Of a DNA stretch of 64,000 bases, positions 19,227 through 28,464 are shown one piece after another; the first letter of the stretch is position 1, and every line of letters starts with the position of its first letter. The notes under the pieces were generated by a model. The model ran no database searches, was not told the DNA's origin, and worked only from the letters and a program-made list of their open reading frames with translations. This DNA comes from an uncultured Gammaproteobacteria bacterium. GTDB taxonomy: Bacteria > Patescibacteriota > Patescibacteriia > UBA9934. Both the position numbers and the translations under genes were made by a program. The stretch covers positions 643,053 to 707,052 of the forward strand of contig CAYVLY010000001.1 of NCBI GenBank assembly GCA_964452565.1, written 5' to 3'.

Positions 19227-22187
19227 TTATTCCGTTGTTTCTTCTTCGGACTCCTCCCCTGTTTCTGACAAATACTCGAACGGATTTTCAGCTGCAGCGG
19301 TTTCGGTCCCCATGATTGAAACTTGAACAGGTTCGATGTCTATGTTGTTGTCTCCGCCGTCTGTAACAAATCCATAGATTAGATAGTCACCCTCGCCTGG
19401 GAGTGCCCAGCTTACAGTGTTCACTGCGGACGGCGCCTCGATGTGTTCGATAAGGCTCGTGGTGCTGTCCCAAAGATTCTGAGCATATAATGTCATTGAG
19501 AGAATGTCTGACTCATTCATCTCTACAACCACCGTATATGGCTCTCCATTGGCTTCGATTTCCTGCCCATTGAATGGATTGGTAATCGTGACATTTGCTG
19601 TGTCAGCGTCCTCGGCTACGTCGATCTTAATGTCGTCACTTCCTTGGTTGTCAACGTCGTCATACGCGACAACTGTGAGTGTGTGCGTTCCAGAATCGAC
19701 CCAACTTGGGAGTTCGAGATCAATGTCTGATGTATTGCTGGTCTGCTTTACCACAACGCCATCGATTTGATATTCGATTCGATCAACCCCGCGACGTGCA
19801 GTTGCCTTGACTTCTACACTGAATTCGCGGCCAACAGAGTCGTTGTTGTCAGGCGACTTAATCGACACATCTGGTTCGTTTCGATCGGTGTGCACGTCGT
19901 CCTCTTCTGTTGGGATCTCACACTCCTCAAGTGGTGCCTGTCCCTCCTCGAGACTCTCATTATAATTTGTGATGTATGATTGCACTGCAGACTCCCAACG
20001 CTCGTAGGCGCCATCAACCGGCTCGCTTACAACACCGCCTGTTGGGTCGTCTGGGTTTATGTAGTAGAGGATGTTGTGATATTCGCCACAAACCTTAGTT
20101 TCCTTGTATCGTTCCGGAGTTTTATCTGTTGCAAGCTTTCCTGACGCTGTGTCAATTGTGACCTCTTCGCTTGGCAGGGTTCCATCAAGCACCGCGATGC
20201 CAGTAATTGGGATCTCAGGCGCGTTGAAGTATTCGATTGGCTCATCAGCAAGCGCGGCATACATAAACTCGTTCCAGATTGGTGCTGCCACTGAGCTTCC
20301 TCCAGATCCACGGTTCATTGCTGTACCGTCTGTGTTCCCTGTCCAAACTCCAGCAACAAGCTGCGGAGTATATCCAATGGTCCAGGCGTCCTTGTAGTCG
20401 TTTGTAGTTCCAGTTTTTGCTGCAGCTGGTCGAGATCCTAGTGTCAGATACCCACCAGCGCCAAAGAATGGAGCTCGAGCTGAGTCATCTGAAAGTACAT
20501 TGGTAATCATTCGCGCCAGGTTAGTGTCAAGCGCGTCTTTTCCGTCGCTTTCTTCCCACTCTTCAAGCACTTCTCCGTCAGAATCTTCGACCTTCAAGAT
20601 AGAAACAGGCTCATAATATGTTCCCTCATTTGCGAACACGGCATATGCAGACACGTGTTCGATCAACTTGACCTCAGCGCCACCAAGCACCATTGAAAGC
20701 CCGTATTGAGCTGGGTCAGTGAGTGTTGTGTAGCCAAGTCGCCCGGCAAAATCAGCTGCAGCATTAACACCAACAAGGTAAAGCATCTTAACAGCTGGGA
20801 TATTTAAGGATCCCTGCAGTGCACTTCGAATAGTTAGCGGCCCATGCTCTTTTAGGTCATAGTTTTTCGGAGAATACGGACCAGTAGCCGTTCCAAACTC
20901 AGTCTCAACATCCCACAAGAGCGTATTTGGCGTGTAGCCCGCTTCAAATCCCGCAGTGTATACAATTGGTTTAAATGATGAGCCTGGCTGAAGTGGTTGC
21001 TGTGTAACGTTTACCTGCCCGTCAATGTCGTCATCAAAGTAGTCAACTGATCCAACCATAGCCACAATGTGTCCGTTGTCTGGGTCAATCGCAACAAGGC
21101 CAGAGTTGTTAAAGCCATAAGTTTCTGATCGTGCGTCTCGGTTATTTAGTACCGCCTCTTCTGCTGCCATTTGCATGTCATAGTCGATTGATGTGACAAC
21201 AGTCATTCCGCCCTGCTCTACTTCCTTTTGACCATACTCCTCTTCAAGCTGCTCCTTTACCCAAAGAACAAAGTGTGGAGCGTCAATGTCAGAGTAGTAA
21301 GCTGTTATGCTGGTGTCCTCCAGCATTGCAGCGTCGGCTTCTTCTTGTGTTATGTATCCCAACTCTGCCATATCGCCTAAGATCCAATTTCTTCGTCCTT
21401 CGAGCTCATCAGGATTATTAAGATAATATGTTGTTGCCTGTGGAAGCGCAGCAAGTGTTGCTGCCTGAGAAAGACTTAGATCCTCGACTGCAGAATCGTA
21501 ATATGCGCTTGCTGCAGCCTGCACACCATAGTTGCGTGATCCGTACGGAATCTCGTTCAAGTACAGCTGCATGATTTCGTCTTTTGTATAGCGTCGTTCA
21601 AGCGCCAGCGACAGAATGATCTCTTTAAACTTTCTAGTAAAGGTTTTTTCATTTGAAAGAATGGCGTTTTTAACAAGTTGCTGTGTAATGGTTGATGCGC
21701 CTTGAGATTTACTCAAAGTCACCACATCAACAAAGATTGCGCGCAAGATTCCTCTGTAGTCGATGCCCCCATGCTCATAAAAGCTCCGATCCTCAGCTGT
21801 GATAGTTGCCCAGACCATGTACTCGGGGATCTGGTCGAGCGTCACTAGTGTTCGCTTTTCGTCCCCTGCAATCTCGTAGAGAAGATGTTCTCCGGTTCTG
21901 TCATAAATCTTAGTCGACTGCGGAACCTCGCGGATTGTCAGTGAGTTTGGGTCTGGCAGGTCTTTAGAAAGCCAGGCAAAAGCACCTAGCAAAAATATGC
22001 TCCCCAGCAGCGCCACGGCCACAAGTACCAATAGGACATTTTTGATAAGCGTGGGTCGATCTGCCTTTTTTAGATATGCGAAATAGGAATCTAGCCTTCG
22101 CTTCCAGCCTTTTTTGCGCGAAGAAGCCCAAGTATGGTTTCTGCGGCGCGGAGAATGGGGTCGACTCATAGTAAACAAGATTATCAA
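19227..22187 (-). CDS. Class A penicillin-binding protein (transglycosylase/transpeptidase) with a long Ig-like, acidic C-terminal extension
   Basis: GT51 motifs EDRSFYEHGGID and RKFKEI. Transpeptidase motifs SSFKP and KTGTTND. It has an N-terminal TM helix and about 250 extra C-terminal residues that end in an acidic tail. Confidence 0.85.
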   Translation of the reverse strand: MIILFTMSRPHSPRRRNHTWASSRKKGWKRRLDSYFAYLKKADRPTLIKNVLLVLVAVALLGSIFLLGAFAWLSKDLPDPNSLTIREVPQSTKIYDRTGEHLLYEIAGDEKRTLVTLDQIPEYMVWATITAEDRSFYEHGGIDYRGILRAIFVDVVTLSKSQGASTITQQLVKNAILSNEKTFTRKFKEIILSLALERRYTKDEIMQLYLNEIPYGSRNYGVQAAASAYYDSAVEDLSLSQAATLAALPQATTYYLNNPDELEGRRNWILGDMAELGYITQEEADAAMLEDTSITAYYSDIDAPHFVLWVKEQLEEEYGQKEVEQGGMTVVTSIDYDMQMAAEEAVLNNRDARSETYGFNNSGLVAIDPDNGHIVAMVGSVDYFDDDIDGQVNVTQQPLQPGSSFKPIVYTAGFEAGYTPNTLLWDVETEFGTATGPYSPKNYDLKEHGPLTIRSALQGSLNIPAVKMLYLVGVNAAADFAGRLGYTTLTDPAQYGLSMVLGGAEVKLIEHVSAYAVFANEGTYYEPVSILKVEDSDGEVLEEWEESDGKDALDTNLARMITNVLSDDSARAPFFGAGGYLTLGSRPAAAKTGTTNDYKDAWTIGYTPQLVAGVWTGNTDGTAMNRGSGGSSVAAPIWNEFMYAALADEPIEYFNAPEIPITGIAVLDGTLPSEEVTIDTASGKLATDKTPERYKETKVCGEYHNILYYINPDDPTGGVVSEPVDGAYERWESAVQSYITNYNESLEEGQAPLEECEIPTEEDDVHTDRNEPDVSIKSPDNNDSVGREFSVEVKATARRGVDRIEYQIDGVVVKQTSNTSDIDLELPSWVDSGTHTLTVVAYDDVDNQGSDDIKIDVAEDADTANVTITNPFNGQEIEANGEPYTVVVEMNESDILSMTLYAQNLWDSTTSLIEHIEAPSAVNTVSWALPGEGDYLIYGFVTDGGDNNIDIEPVQVSIMGTETAAAENPFEYLSETGEESEEETTE

Positions 22188-22457
22188 TGATTTGTAAGAT
22201 TATACGAAATTTTGCCGATTTTGGCAAAAAATAGTGGATTTTTTCTGTGCTAATTTTGGCTCAAAATCAGACTTATTCATTGACTTTTGGGGTCAAATAT
22301 GCTATAGTATTGATCCCTCGTAAAGCGAGGGTTTTTTGATACATGGGTTTTCCTGTTCAAAAAGCCTAAGGTTGAGAGGGGTCGATTGAGTGAGAATTCG
22401 CATAAAGAATGAACTGCTTTTACGCAGCTTATCCTTTAATCGAATTCAATAAACCCT

Positions 22458-22985
22458 ATGAAATACATTTCTCTAAAGGAGGTGCTTACGGTCATCAAAA
22501 AGTCTCCGATTGAGTGTGCATTAATTGGACTATTAACTTTTGCATTGGCCTATGTTGTTCTCCCAATTGAAGCCTCTGCAAGTATGGACTTGGATTACAC
22601 TAACGAAGCTTTGGCTCTCGAAATAGATGCAATCCAGAATAACTTCCGTGAATATGGACAGTTGCCAGAGTCTGACTTGCGAGGACCAGCCTACACTATT
22701 ACGGTGCCGGCAACTGCTTATAACTCGCTTCCAGAGCAGACTGATGACACCCCGTTTATTACGGCCTCTGGAACAACTACTCGTCACGGAGTGCTTGCGG
22801 CAAACTTCTTGCCAATTGGTACCCGCGTGAAGATCCCAGAGATCTACGGTGATGATATCTTTGTCGTAGAGGATCGCATGAACGCGCGATATTGGGAACG
22901 AGTAGACATCTGGATGGAAAGCTATGATGATGCGATCCAGTTCGGATACCAAAACATTGAAATTGAGGTTTACCCAAACCAATAA
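22458..22985 (+). CDS. 3D-domain protein (MltA/YabE-like cell-wall-binding domain) with an N-terminal TM helix
   Basis: C-terminal 3D-domain pattern TASG...G.VA.....P.GT...I...G...V.DR (YTITVPATAYNS...FVVEDRMNARY). Confidence 0.6.
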   Translation: MKYISLKEVLTVIKKSPIECALIGLLTFALAYVVLPIEASASMDLDYTNEALALEIDAIQNNFREYGQLPESDLRGPAYTITVPATAYNSLPEQTDDTPFITASGTTTRHGVLAANFLPIGTRVKIPEIYGDDIFVVEDRMNARYWERVDIWMESYDDAIQFGYQNIEIEVYPNQ

Positions 22986-23147
22986 AATAAACAAAAACCC
23001 CGGCCGTGAGTCGCGGGTTTTTGTTTTTGTAGAACCCAGAGCCTTTGCATTTAACTGGGTTCTGAGGTCTGGTGTCTGGGTTCTGCCCACAGGTCTTTTT
23101 TTGTTTGGTGCGAAATGCTAAGATATATCCAGTAATAAAGCATTTCT

Positions 23148-23690
23148 ATGAAAAAAGCGATATTTGGTCTTTTTGCCCTGGTGCTACTAGGGGCAGGCTG
23201 TATGCCAGCGGCCACAGTAGAGGGTGATTGGTTCTTAGCATTTGATTTGCCAGACGGGTGGGTCATGGTCCGCGAATACAACATGGGCGGCGAGGCTGTT
23301 CCAGTTGACGAGGGGGTTTCGCGTGAGATTTCGGACATTGTTCTCCAAAGCACATCGTCCCATATCTATACAAGTTCGGTTGAGCTAGATGAGGAGGCCC
23401 TTGCAATGACCGGGGAGATTGTGGCCGATCACTTCACCTACATTCGAGTATTAAAGCTTGATGATAGGCGTGTGATTCCTTCTGAATCAGAAAATATGGG
23501 AGACGGTTTCTACAAGGAAGATATGTGTGAGGGCGTTGAGAGTTGCGAGCTTGAGAGGGCTGATAGATACCGTTACTACTTTGAGACCGATACATCAAAA
23601 TACCAGTTTCTTGTCACACAGGCCGGTCAGGAGATTGAGGAGGCTGAAGGTGTCATCCTGAGCGCGACAGAGGTTACAGTAATTGAGTAA
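23148..23690 (+). CDS. Hypothetical lipoprotein
   Basis: Signal peptide with lipobox LLGAGC. No recognised domain. Confidence 0.45.
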   Translation: MKKAIFGLFALVLLGAGCMPAATVEGDWFLAFDLPDGWVMVREYNMGGEAVPVDEGVSREISDIVLQSTSSHIYTSSVELDEEALAMTGEIVADHFTYIRVLKLDDRRVIPSESENMGDGFYKEDMCEGVESCELERADRYRYYFETDTSKYQFLVTQAGQEIEEAEGVILSATEVTVIE

Positions 23691-24597
23691 TTTTAAGATA
23701 AAAGTAAAAAAGAGGCTTATGAAAAAGATTTTATTGTCATGTGCGCTTGTGGCTATGGCTGCAGTAGTCGCGCTTCCAGCGTCAGCTGCATTGGAATTCC
23801 CAACAGTGGCTGGTTTGGAGCCGGGATCACTCATCAAGAGCGCGGCATCAAGCACCGTCTATTACTTTGGTGAAGATGAGATGCGTTACGGATTCCCAAA
23901 CGAGAACACGTACTTCACCTGGTATGACGACTTTGATTCAGTTGAGACGATCGCTGTGTCTGAGATGGACATGGTCCCATTCGGAGGAATGGTTACATAC
24001 AGGCCGCAGCTTGGAAACGATGGGGCTACAACCAGATTGCTAAAATTATCTACTGGATCTGAGGTATACGTTCCAATTGGTAGCAACATGCTTGCTGCGA
24101 TTAAGAATGTAGATAACGCCAACGCATTATTTGGTGATTATTGGATGGACCTCGTTGATGATCTTCCAGATGTATTTGTCCCGCACTACACAGTGCTTGG
24201 TGGTGTTTTGGCAGATGACGTGAGTTTTATCGATTTAGATGATTACACAATCTCAGACAGCATTGACCTTTTTGAAACAACTGGCGTGATGATGTATGAA
24301 GACCCGCTTCGTTTTGCTGCAGAAGACGAGGAGGTTGAGCTTGATGATGACGGAGATCACTGCTCTGATTCCTACTGCGGTTACAATGTCGTTAGAGTTA
24401 ACCAAGGTGAAACAATTAAGTTTGTAAACTACACAACAGAGACACTAACGGTTCGTGAGTCAGATAATAACCTGTTCACAACGGGTAGTATTGATCCAGA
24501 AGGGATCGTTGTGTTAACCATCGATCTAGAGCCAGGTGAATATGATTTCCGAGCAGATGAGGACTGGGACATGATGGGTGTGTTAGTTGTTGAGTAA
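23683..24597 (+). CDS. Hypothetical secreted acidic protein
   Basis: Signal peptide MKKILLSCALVAMAAVVALPASA, acidic C-terminal half. No recognised domain. Confidence 0.4.
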   Translation: MSNFKIKVKKRLMKKILLSCALVAMAAVVALPASAALEFPTVAGLEPGSLIKSAASSTVYYFGEDEMRYGFPNENTYFTWYDDFDSVETIAVSEMDMVPFGGMVTYRPQLGNDGATTRLLKLSTGSEVYVPIGSNMLAAIKNVDNANALFGDYWMDLVDDLPDVFVPHYTVLGGVLADDVSFIDLDDYTISDSIDLFETTGVMMYEDPLRFAAEDEEVELDDDGDHCSDSYCGYNVVRVNQGETIKFVNYTTETLTVRESDNNLFTTGSIDPEGIVVLTIDLEPGEYDFRADEDWDMMGVLVVE

Positions 24598-24753
24598 AGT
24601 TGAGATAATCAAAAGCACCCCACGACGGGGTGTTTTTGATTTCACTTTTTACGGTTCAACCCTATTTGTAAGAAGTGATTTTTTATATGAGACGCCCTTG
24701 ATCGGATCAGGGGCATCCAGGGCTATTCGATTATATCAAATAGTCATGGATAG

Positions 24754-24830
24754 TGGAGGCCACGGCCGGACTCGAACCGGCGAATAGCGGTTTTGCAGAC
24801 CGCAGCGTTAACCAACTTCGCCACGTGGCC
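24754..24830 (-). tRNA. tRNA-Cys (anticodon GCA)
   Basis: Cloverleaf traced by hand: acceptor GGCCACG, D-arm GGCGAAGTTGGTTAACGC, anticodon stem GCGGT/ACCGC with loop CTGCAAA, T-arm GGTTCGAGTCC, CCA encoded. Confidence 0.85.
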
Positions 24831-24931
24831 TTATCAATGGGTTGTAGGAAGGTATTCCTGTCGACCACCTGTCAAAGATGAGCTGCGGAGCAGCGCCTGT
24901 CCGCCAAAGCTCCGATGGGAGCGACGGTGGA

Positions 24932-24954
24932 TTAACCAACTTCGCCACGTGGCC
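24932..24954 (-). repeat. Direct duplicate, 23 nt long, of the tRNA-Cys 5' end. It lies in the tRNA leader, 101 bp upstream of the tRNA (minus-strand sense).
   Basis: ggccacgtggcgaagttggttaa at 24932-24954 is identical to 24808-24830. A sigma70-like promoter (TTGAAA, 17-nt spacer, TACAAT) lies just upstream at 24963-24991 on the minus strand. Confidence 0.7.
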
Positions 24955-25038
24955 ACGCGAGGATTGTAGCAGGTTTGAGGTCTTTTTTCAAGCATAGAAC
25001 CCGCCGGTGAGGGCGGGCACGGTAGCGCGGGCAGAGAG

Positions 25039-25260
25039 TCATCGGCACATCGTAGGCGGATTGGCGTACAAGCTGTCCGTGATGCAGCCCACACATCCAC
25101 TGAGCCTAACGGGCGCGTAGAGCTTCTTAGGGCATAGGCGAATACCGGGAGCGGTGTGCCGAACCTCGACAGAGGCCCTCTCTGTTTCGAATTCGATCAT
25201 CTGACCAAGCGCAGCTGTCTCGTGTCGAGGTCTGGGATGGAAGGGGCACCAGGCGTTCAT
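25039..25260 (-). CDS. Possible small GC-rich ORF (73 aa) preceded by a GGAGG ribosome-binding site. It could instead be part of a structured RNA.
   Basis: GGAGG lies 4 nt upstream of the ATG. The protein has no recognisable features. The surrounding 300 bp is visibly GC-rich and hairpin-rich. Confidence 0.2.
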   Translation of the reverse strand: MNAWCPFHPRPRHETAALGQMIEFETERASVEVRHTAPGIRLCPKKLYAPVRLSGCVGCITDSLYANPPTMCR

Positions 25261-25281
25261 GTTGCCTCCAATGGCAGTGAG

Positions 25282-25710
25282 TTAACGAACCTCTTGCAAG
25301 ATCCGTACGATTTGGTCAAGTTGTAGTGATGCTAGGTTTTTTGGCACAACTTCATCCGCAGCTTTCTGAACATCTGTGTGCATTTCCTCAAAAACTTCAT
25401 TCTTCAGAGCCTCGGGCGCGCACAGTACCAGGTCGGCCGGTTCCTTCTGAAGTTCTTTCATGAGGTACTTACTCAAGCTCTTGTACATTGCTAGTCGAAC
25501 ATTGTGCTTATCTTCATCAAAATCACGAGGTCCGTCGTTGCTTGTTCCACTTTGCATGCCCTCACGATCGATTTCTTTGGCCTTAAACTCTTTCACCTCT
25601 TCGATCTCGCGATCCTTTGCGATATATACACGCGCAAGCTCATTGTTTGTGACAACAATGTAGGTTTTTTGCTCGTAGGGTTGATAATGATGTGAGATTT
25701 CCATATGCAT
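25282..25710 (-). CDS. Hypothetical protein (142 aa)
   Basis: Clean ORF. No motif recognised with confidence. Confidence 0.4.
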   Translation of the reverse strand: MHMEISHHYQPYEQKTYIVVTNNELARVYIAKDREIEEVKEFKAKEIDREGMQSGTSNDGPRDFDEDKHNVRLAMYKSLSKYLMKELQKEPADLVLCAPEALKNEVFEEMHTDVQKAADEVVPKNLASLQLDQIVRILQEVR

Positions 25711-25754
25711 ATATTATACCAAGTCAGACGCAAAGCTGATATAATGCCTGTGAT

Positions 25755-26459
25755 ATGAAAGGAGGATTGAAAAATCGTGTTGGTTTTTTCATTCGAGAGA
25801 TTGTTTTTGGTTTTGAAGACTCGTTAGTTTCGACCCTGGGCGTTGTGACAGGAGTTGCTGCAGGAACTCAGAGTCAATTTGTGGTTGTGCTAACAGGCGT
25901 GGTGCTCATTTTCGTTGAAGGACTCTCAATGGCTGCCGGAAGTTACCTCTCATCTAAGTCTGCGCGTGAGGTCTTTGAGGATCGTAAGCGTCAGGACGGT
26001 TCACGCATGCTTCAAGAACGAATTTCAGACAACGAGTCGCTTGAGCAGGCCTTGAAGCGCAAAAAGTTTTCCAAAGATCAAGTTTCCCGTATTGCAGACG
26101 TGCTTACACAGGAACGCAAGCTTTGGATAAAAGAAGTCCAGCGCTGCGAATATCGATTTGCACCCGCGGTCTCTGGTTCACCCGTTGCCTCTGGTGTTGT
26201 GATGGGCGCGTTTTATCTCATTGGAGGAATTTTCCCACTTCTACCATATTTCTTTCTACCAGTGCTTGAGGCGATCGTTCCATCGATCATTATCACTGGC
26301 CTGGTATTGTTTGGGCTCGGATTTGCAAAAGGGAAGGTCGTGGGTGGTCATCCGCTAAAGAGTGGATTTGAGATGACCCTTATATCACTAACAGCCGCAT
26401 TGCTTGGATATCTAATTGGCCGGCTTGTAGCAACTTATTTTGGAATTGATATTTATTAA
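25755..26459 (+). CDS. VIT1/CCC1-family membrane transporter (Fe/Mn)
   Basis: N-terminal signature FGFEDSLVSTLGVVTGVAAG and C-terminal TM helices. Confidence 0.7.
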   Translation: MKGGLKNRVGFFIREIVFGFEDSLVSTLGVVTGVAAGTQSQFVVVLTGVVLIFVEGLSMAAGSYLSSKSAREVFEDRKRQDGSRMLQERISDNESLEQALKRKKFSKDQVSRIADVLTQERKLWIKEVQRCEYRFAPAVSGSPVASGVVMGAFYLIGGIFPLLPYFFLPVLEAIVPSIIITGLVLFGLGFAKGKVVGGHPLKSGFEMTLISLTAALLGYLIGRLVATYFGIDIY

Positions 26460-26461
26460 TT

Positions 26462-27460
26462 GTGTTCTTACACCGATTACAAAAAATACATGCAACAGAA
26501 TTCCCGCGCGGGAGGAAGTGGATTAATGGCAATCCAATGACCTTGAAGTCACTGAAGGGCAAGGTCGTGCTTTTAGATTTTTGGACATACTCATGCATTA
26601 ATTGCATTCGAACGCTTGAGCATCTGCGCGCGTGGCATAAACGTTATGCTGATAAGGGGTTGGTGATTATTGGGATTCATACGCCAGAGTTCGAGTTTGA
26701 AAAAGATCAGGCTAATGTTGAGAGCGCGGTAAAGCGACTTAAGGTCAAATACCCAGTTGTTCTTGATTCTGATTACAAAATCTGGACGGCGTATGCTAAT
26801 CGATGGTGGCCACGTAAGTTGCTTTTGAATAAAGATGGAGAAATAATCTACGATCACATTGGCGAGGGCGGATATGCTGAAACCGAGTCTCAGATTCAAA
26901 AAGCTCTTCGTGAGATTGGTGTAGATGACCTGCCAGAGATTGTGCCTGACGTATCGGTCGGCGGCGGGATCTGCTACCGAACAACCCCAGAAACATATCT
27001 TGGATTTTTGCGTGGTAGATTTGGAAATGCACATGGCGTAATCCCGGGCGCTGAGGTTGATTTTACTGATAGGGGCGAGCATCAAGATAATCTAGTGTAT
27101 CTACACGGTCATTGGGTAATTGACAAGGAACGACTGAGTCATACAAGAGCCCTGGCTACTGCTAATGAATACCTGGCTTTGAAGTACAGCGGTTTCTCAG
27201 TAAACCTTGTTGCTGGGTCGCTAAAGAAGAATAGAGCGGCTGAGGTTGAAATCGAGCTAGATGGCAACCCATTGCCTGAAGATATGATTGGCACCAATGT
27301 TGAAATGAAGAATGGAAGGGCGGTTGTGCGCATGACTGCATCGCGTATGTACAACTTGGTTGACTCGGACGTTTATCACAAGGGTACCCTGAAGCTTAAG
27401 ACAGCGTCTGATCGCTTGAGCATGTATGCTTTTACTTTTGGTGGGTGTAAAGGGCAATAA
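26462..27460 (+). CDS. Thioredoxin-fold (TlpA/ResA-like redoxin) protein with a C-terminal extension
   Basis: CxxC motif in the context VVLLDFWTYSCINCIRTLEHL. The true start may be at the internal Met. Confidence 0.6.
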   Translation: MFLHRLQKIHATEFPRGRKWINGNPMTLKSLKGKVVLLDFWTYSCINCIRTLEHLRAWHKRYADKGLVIIGIHTPEFEFEKDQANVESAVKRLKVKYPVVLDSDYKIWTAYANRWWPRKLLLNKDGEIIYDHIGEGGYAETESQIQKALREIGVDDLPEIVPDVSVGGGICYRTTPETYLGFLRGRFGNAHGVIPGAEVDFTDRGEHQDNLVYLHGHWVIDKERLSHTRALATANEYLALKYSGFSVNLVAGSLKKNRAAEVEIELDGNPLPEDMIGTNVEMKNGRAVVRMTASRMYNLVDSDVYHKGTLKLKTASDRLSMYAFTFGGCKGQ

Positions 27461-27609
27461 TATGTCACCCCTGCGTAGGCAGGGGTCCATCGAGGTGTTG
27501 AGCTCGACATAACGATGGATCCCGGCTCGGTGGCCGGGATGACAAGTTATAAGAAGCATGAACCCCACGCGCCTGAGAGGCGGTGGGGTTTTGATGTACG
27601 AGGCGGCGG

Positions 27610-28440
27610 CTAGCGCGAGCCGTGACGGGCGAACCAGGGGCCCTCCAACGGGAACTGGGCGGCCAGTTCGGGCTCGAGCTCGGTACCCAACCTATATCCA
27701 AACACATGCCGGGCAACACCCTCGACAAGCTTCAGGCTCTCGCGACCGAAGTACGTAGCCTTGAGCAAGAGCTTGGAGTTACACTGCACAAGCTGGCCCG
27801 CGGTCTCGAGCATGGGCCCGTTGCGACACAGTGCGTTGTAGGAACGCTCATCGAGAATCCCATTGCCGCACAAGACCGCAAGCTCCGTCGTAAGGGGGAG
27901 CTTGGTGGGCTCCGGCAGCAGATCGCGGACTTCGGCCGGGATCGGTGTCTCGAGTTCGATCCCGAGTTCACCAAGCACCCTTTCGATCTCGTTGAGCGCA
28001 CGGAACGTGAATAGGCCACTGGCCTCGAGCTCGGCCCTGGTCTTTATGGCGATCTGCCAGATATACTGGGCGTTGTAGCGCGCCAGGCATCTCCAGGTAT
28101 GGTTTGAGAGCTCTAACTCATCGCAGCGCCTCAGGAGGTTCTGGTCGAGGCCGTTGAGCAGTTCGCGCTCGCGTGCTTCGGCCTTGAACTCGGCGAGCTC
28201 AGCCCGAAGTTGGGCGTTCTCGGCCTGGGCGGCTTCGAGTTGGGCCTTCAGATGTTCGTTCTCGGTATGCAACCTTTGTTTTTGTCGCTGAAGTGATTCC
28301 ACAAATGTGCTTTGCATGAAGGCGTCCTTGTACTTTGGTAAGGTTAGTATTGATGGGGCGAATCCGTTGAAATGGTTGGTAACATTAGCAAATAAATGCA
28401 GCACTGTCAACCATGATAGAATAATTGACAGAATGCACAA
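27610..28440 (-). CDS. Hypothetical protein with a coiled-coil region and an RNA-polymerase alpha-subunit CTD-like helix-hairpin-helix domain. It lies in a GC-rich islet.
   Basis: The segment LLRRCDELELSNHTWRCLARYNAQYIWQIAIKTRAELEASGLFTFRALNEIERVLGELGIEL parallels the RpoA alpha-CTD consensus (L.R.VD.LELSVRS.NCLK...I..IGDL...TE.EL...NFGKKSL.EI...L...GL.L). GC content looks markedly higher than in the neighbouring genes. Confidence 0.45.
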   Translation of the reverse strand: MCILSIILSWLTVLHLFANVTNHFNGFAPSILTLPKYKDAFMQSTFVESLQRQKQRLHTENEHLKAQLEAAQAENAQLRAELAEFKAEARERELLNGLDQNLLRRCDELELSNHTWRCLARYNAQYIWQIAIKTRAELEASGLFTFRALNEIERVLGELGIELETPIPAEVRDLLPEPTKLPLTTELAVLCGNGILDERSYNALCRNGPMLETAGQLVQCNSKLLLKATYFGRESLKLVEGVARHVFGYRLGTELEPELAAQFPLEGPWFARHGSR

Positions 28441-28464
28441 ATTTTCTTATTCTGAGGCATCGAT

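Noticed and set aside
22190-22457. Possible riboswitch (for example c-di-AMP/ydaO-type) upstream of the 3D-domain cell-wall gene
   Set aside because: A TTGACT/17/TATAGT promoter followed within about 15 nt by a hairpin plus T-run (ccctcgtaaagcgaggg ttttttg) is present. No conserved ydaO or other riboswitch core could be recognised. It is probably just promoter-proximal attenuation, or it belongs to the neighbouring divergent gene.
24840-25280. tmRNA, RNase P or SRP RNA in the GC-rich segment upstream of tRNA-Cys
   Set aside because: No GGAAAGTCCGGGC, AGGGTGAAA or CCGGCTTA motifs, no tmRNA acceptor or T-arm, and no SRP domain-IV motif could be found by eye on either strand. It is retained only as an unclassified structured GC-rich segment.
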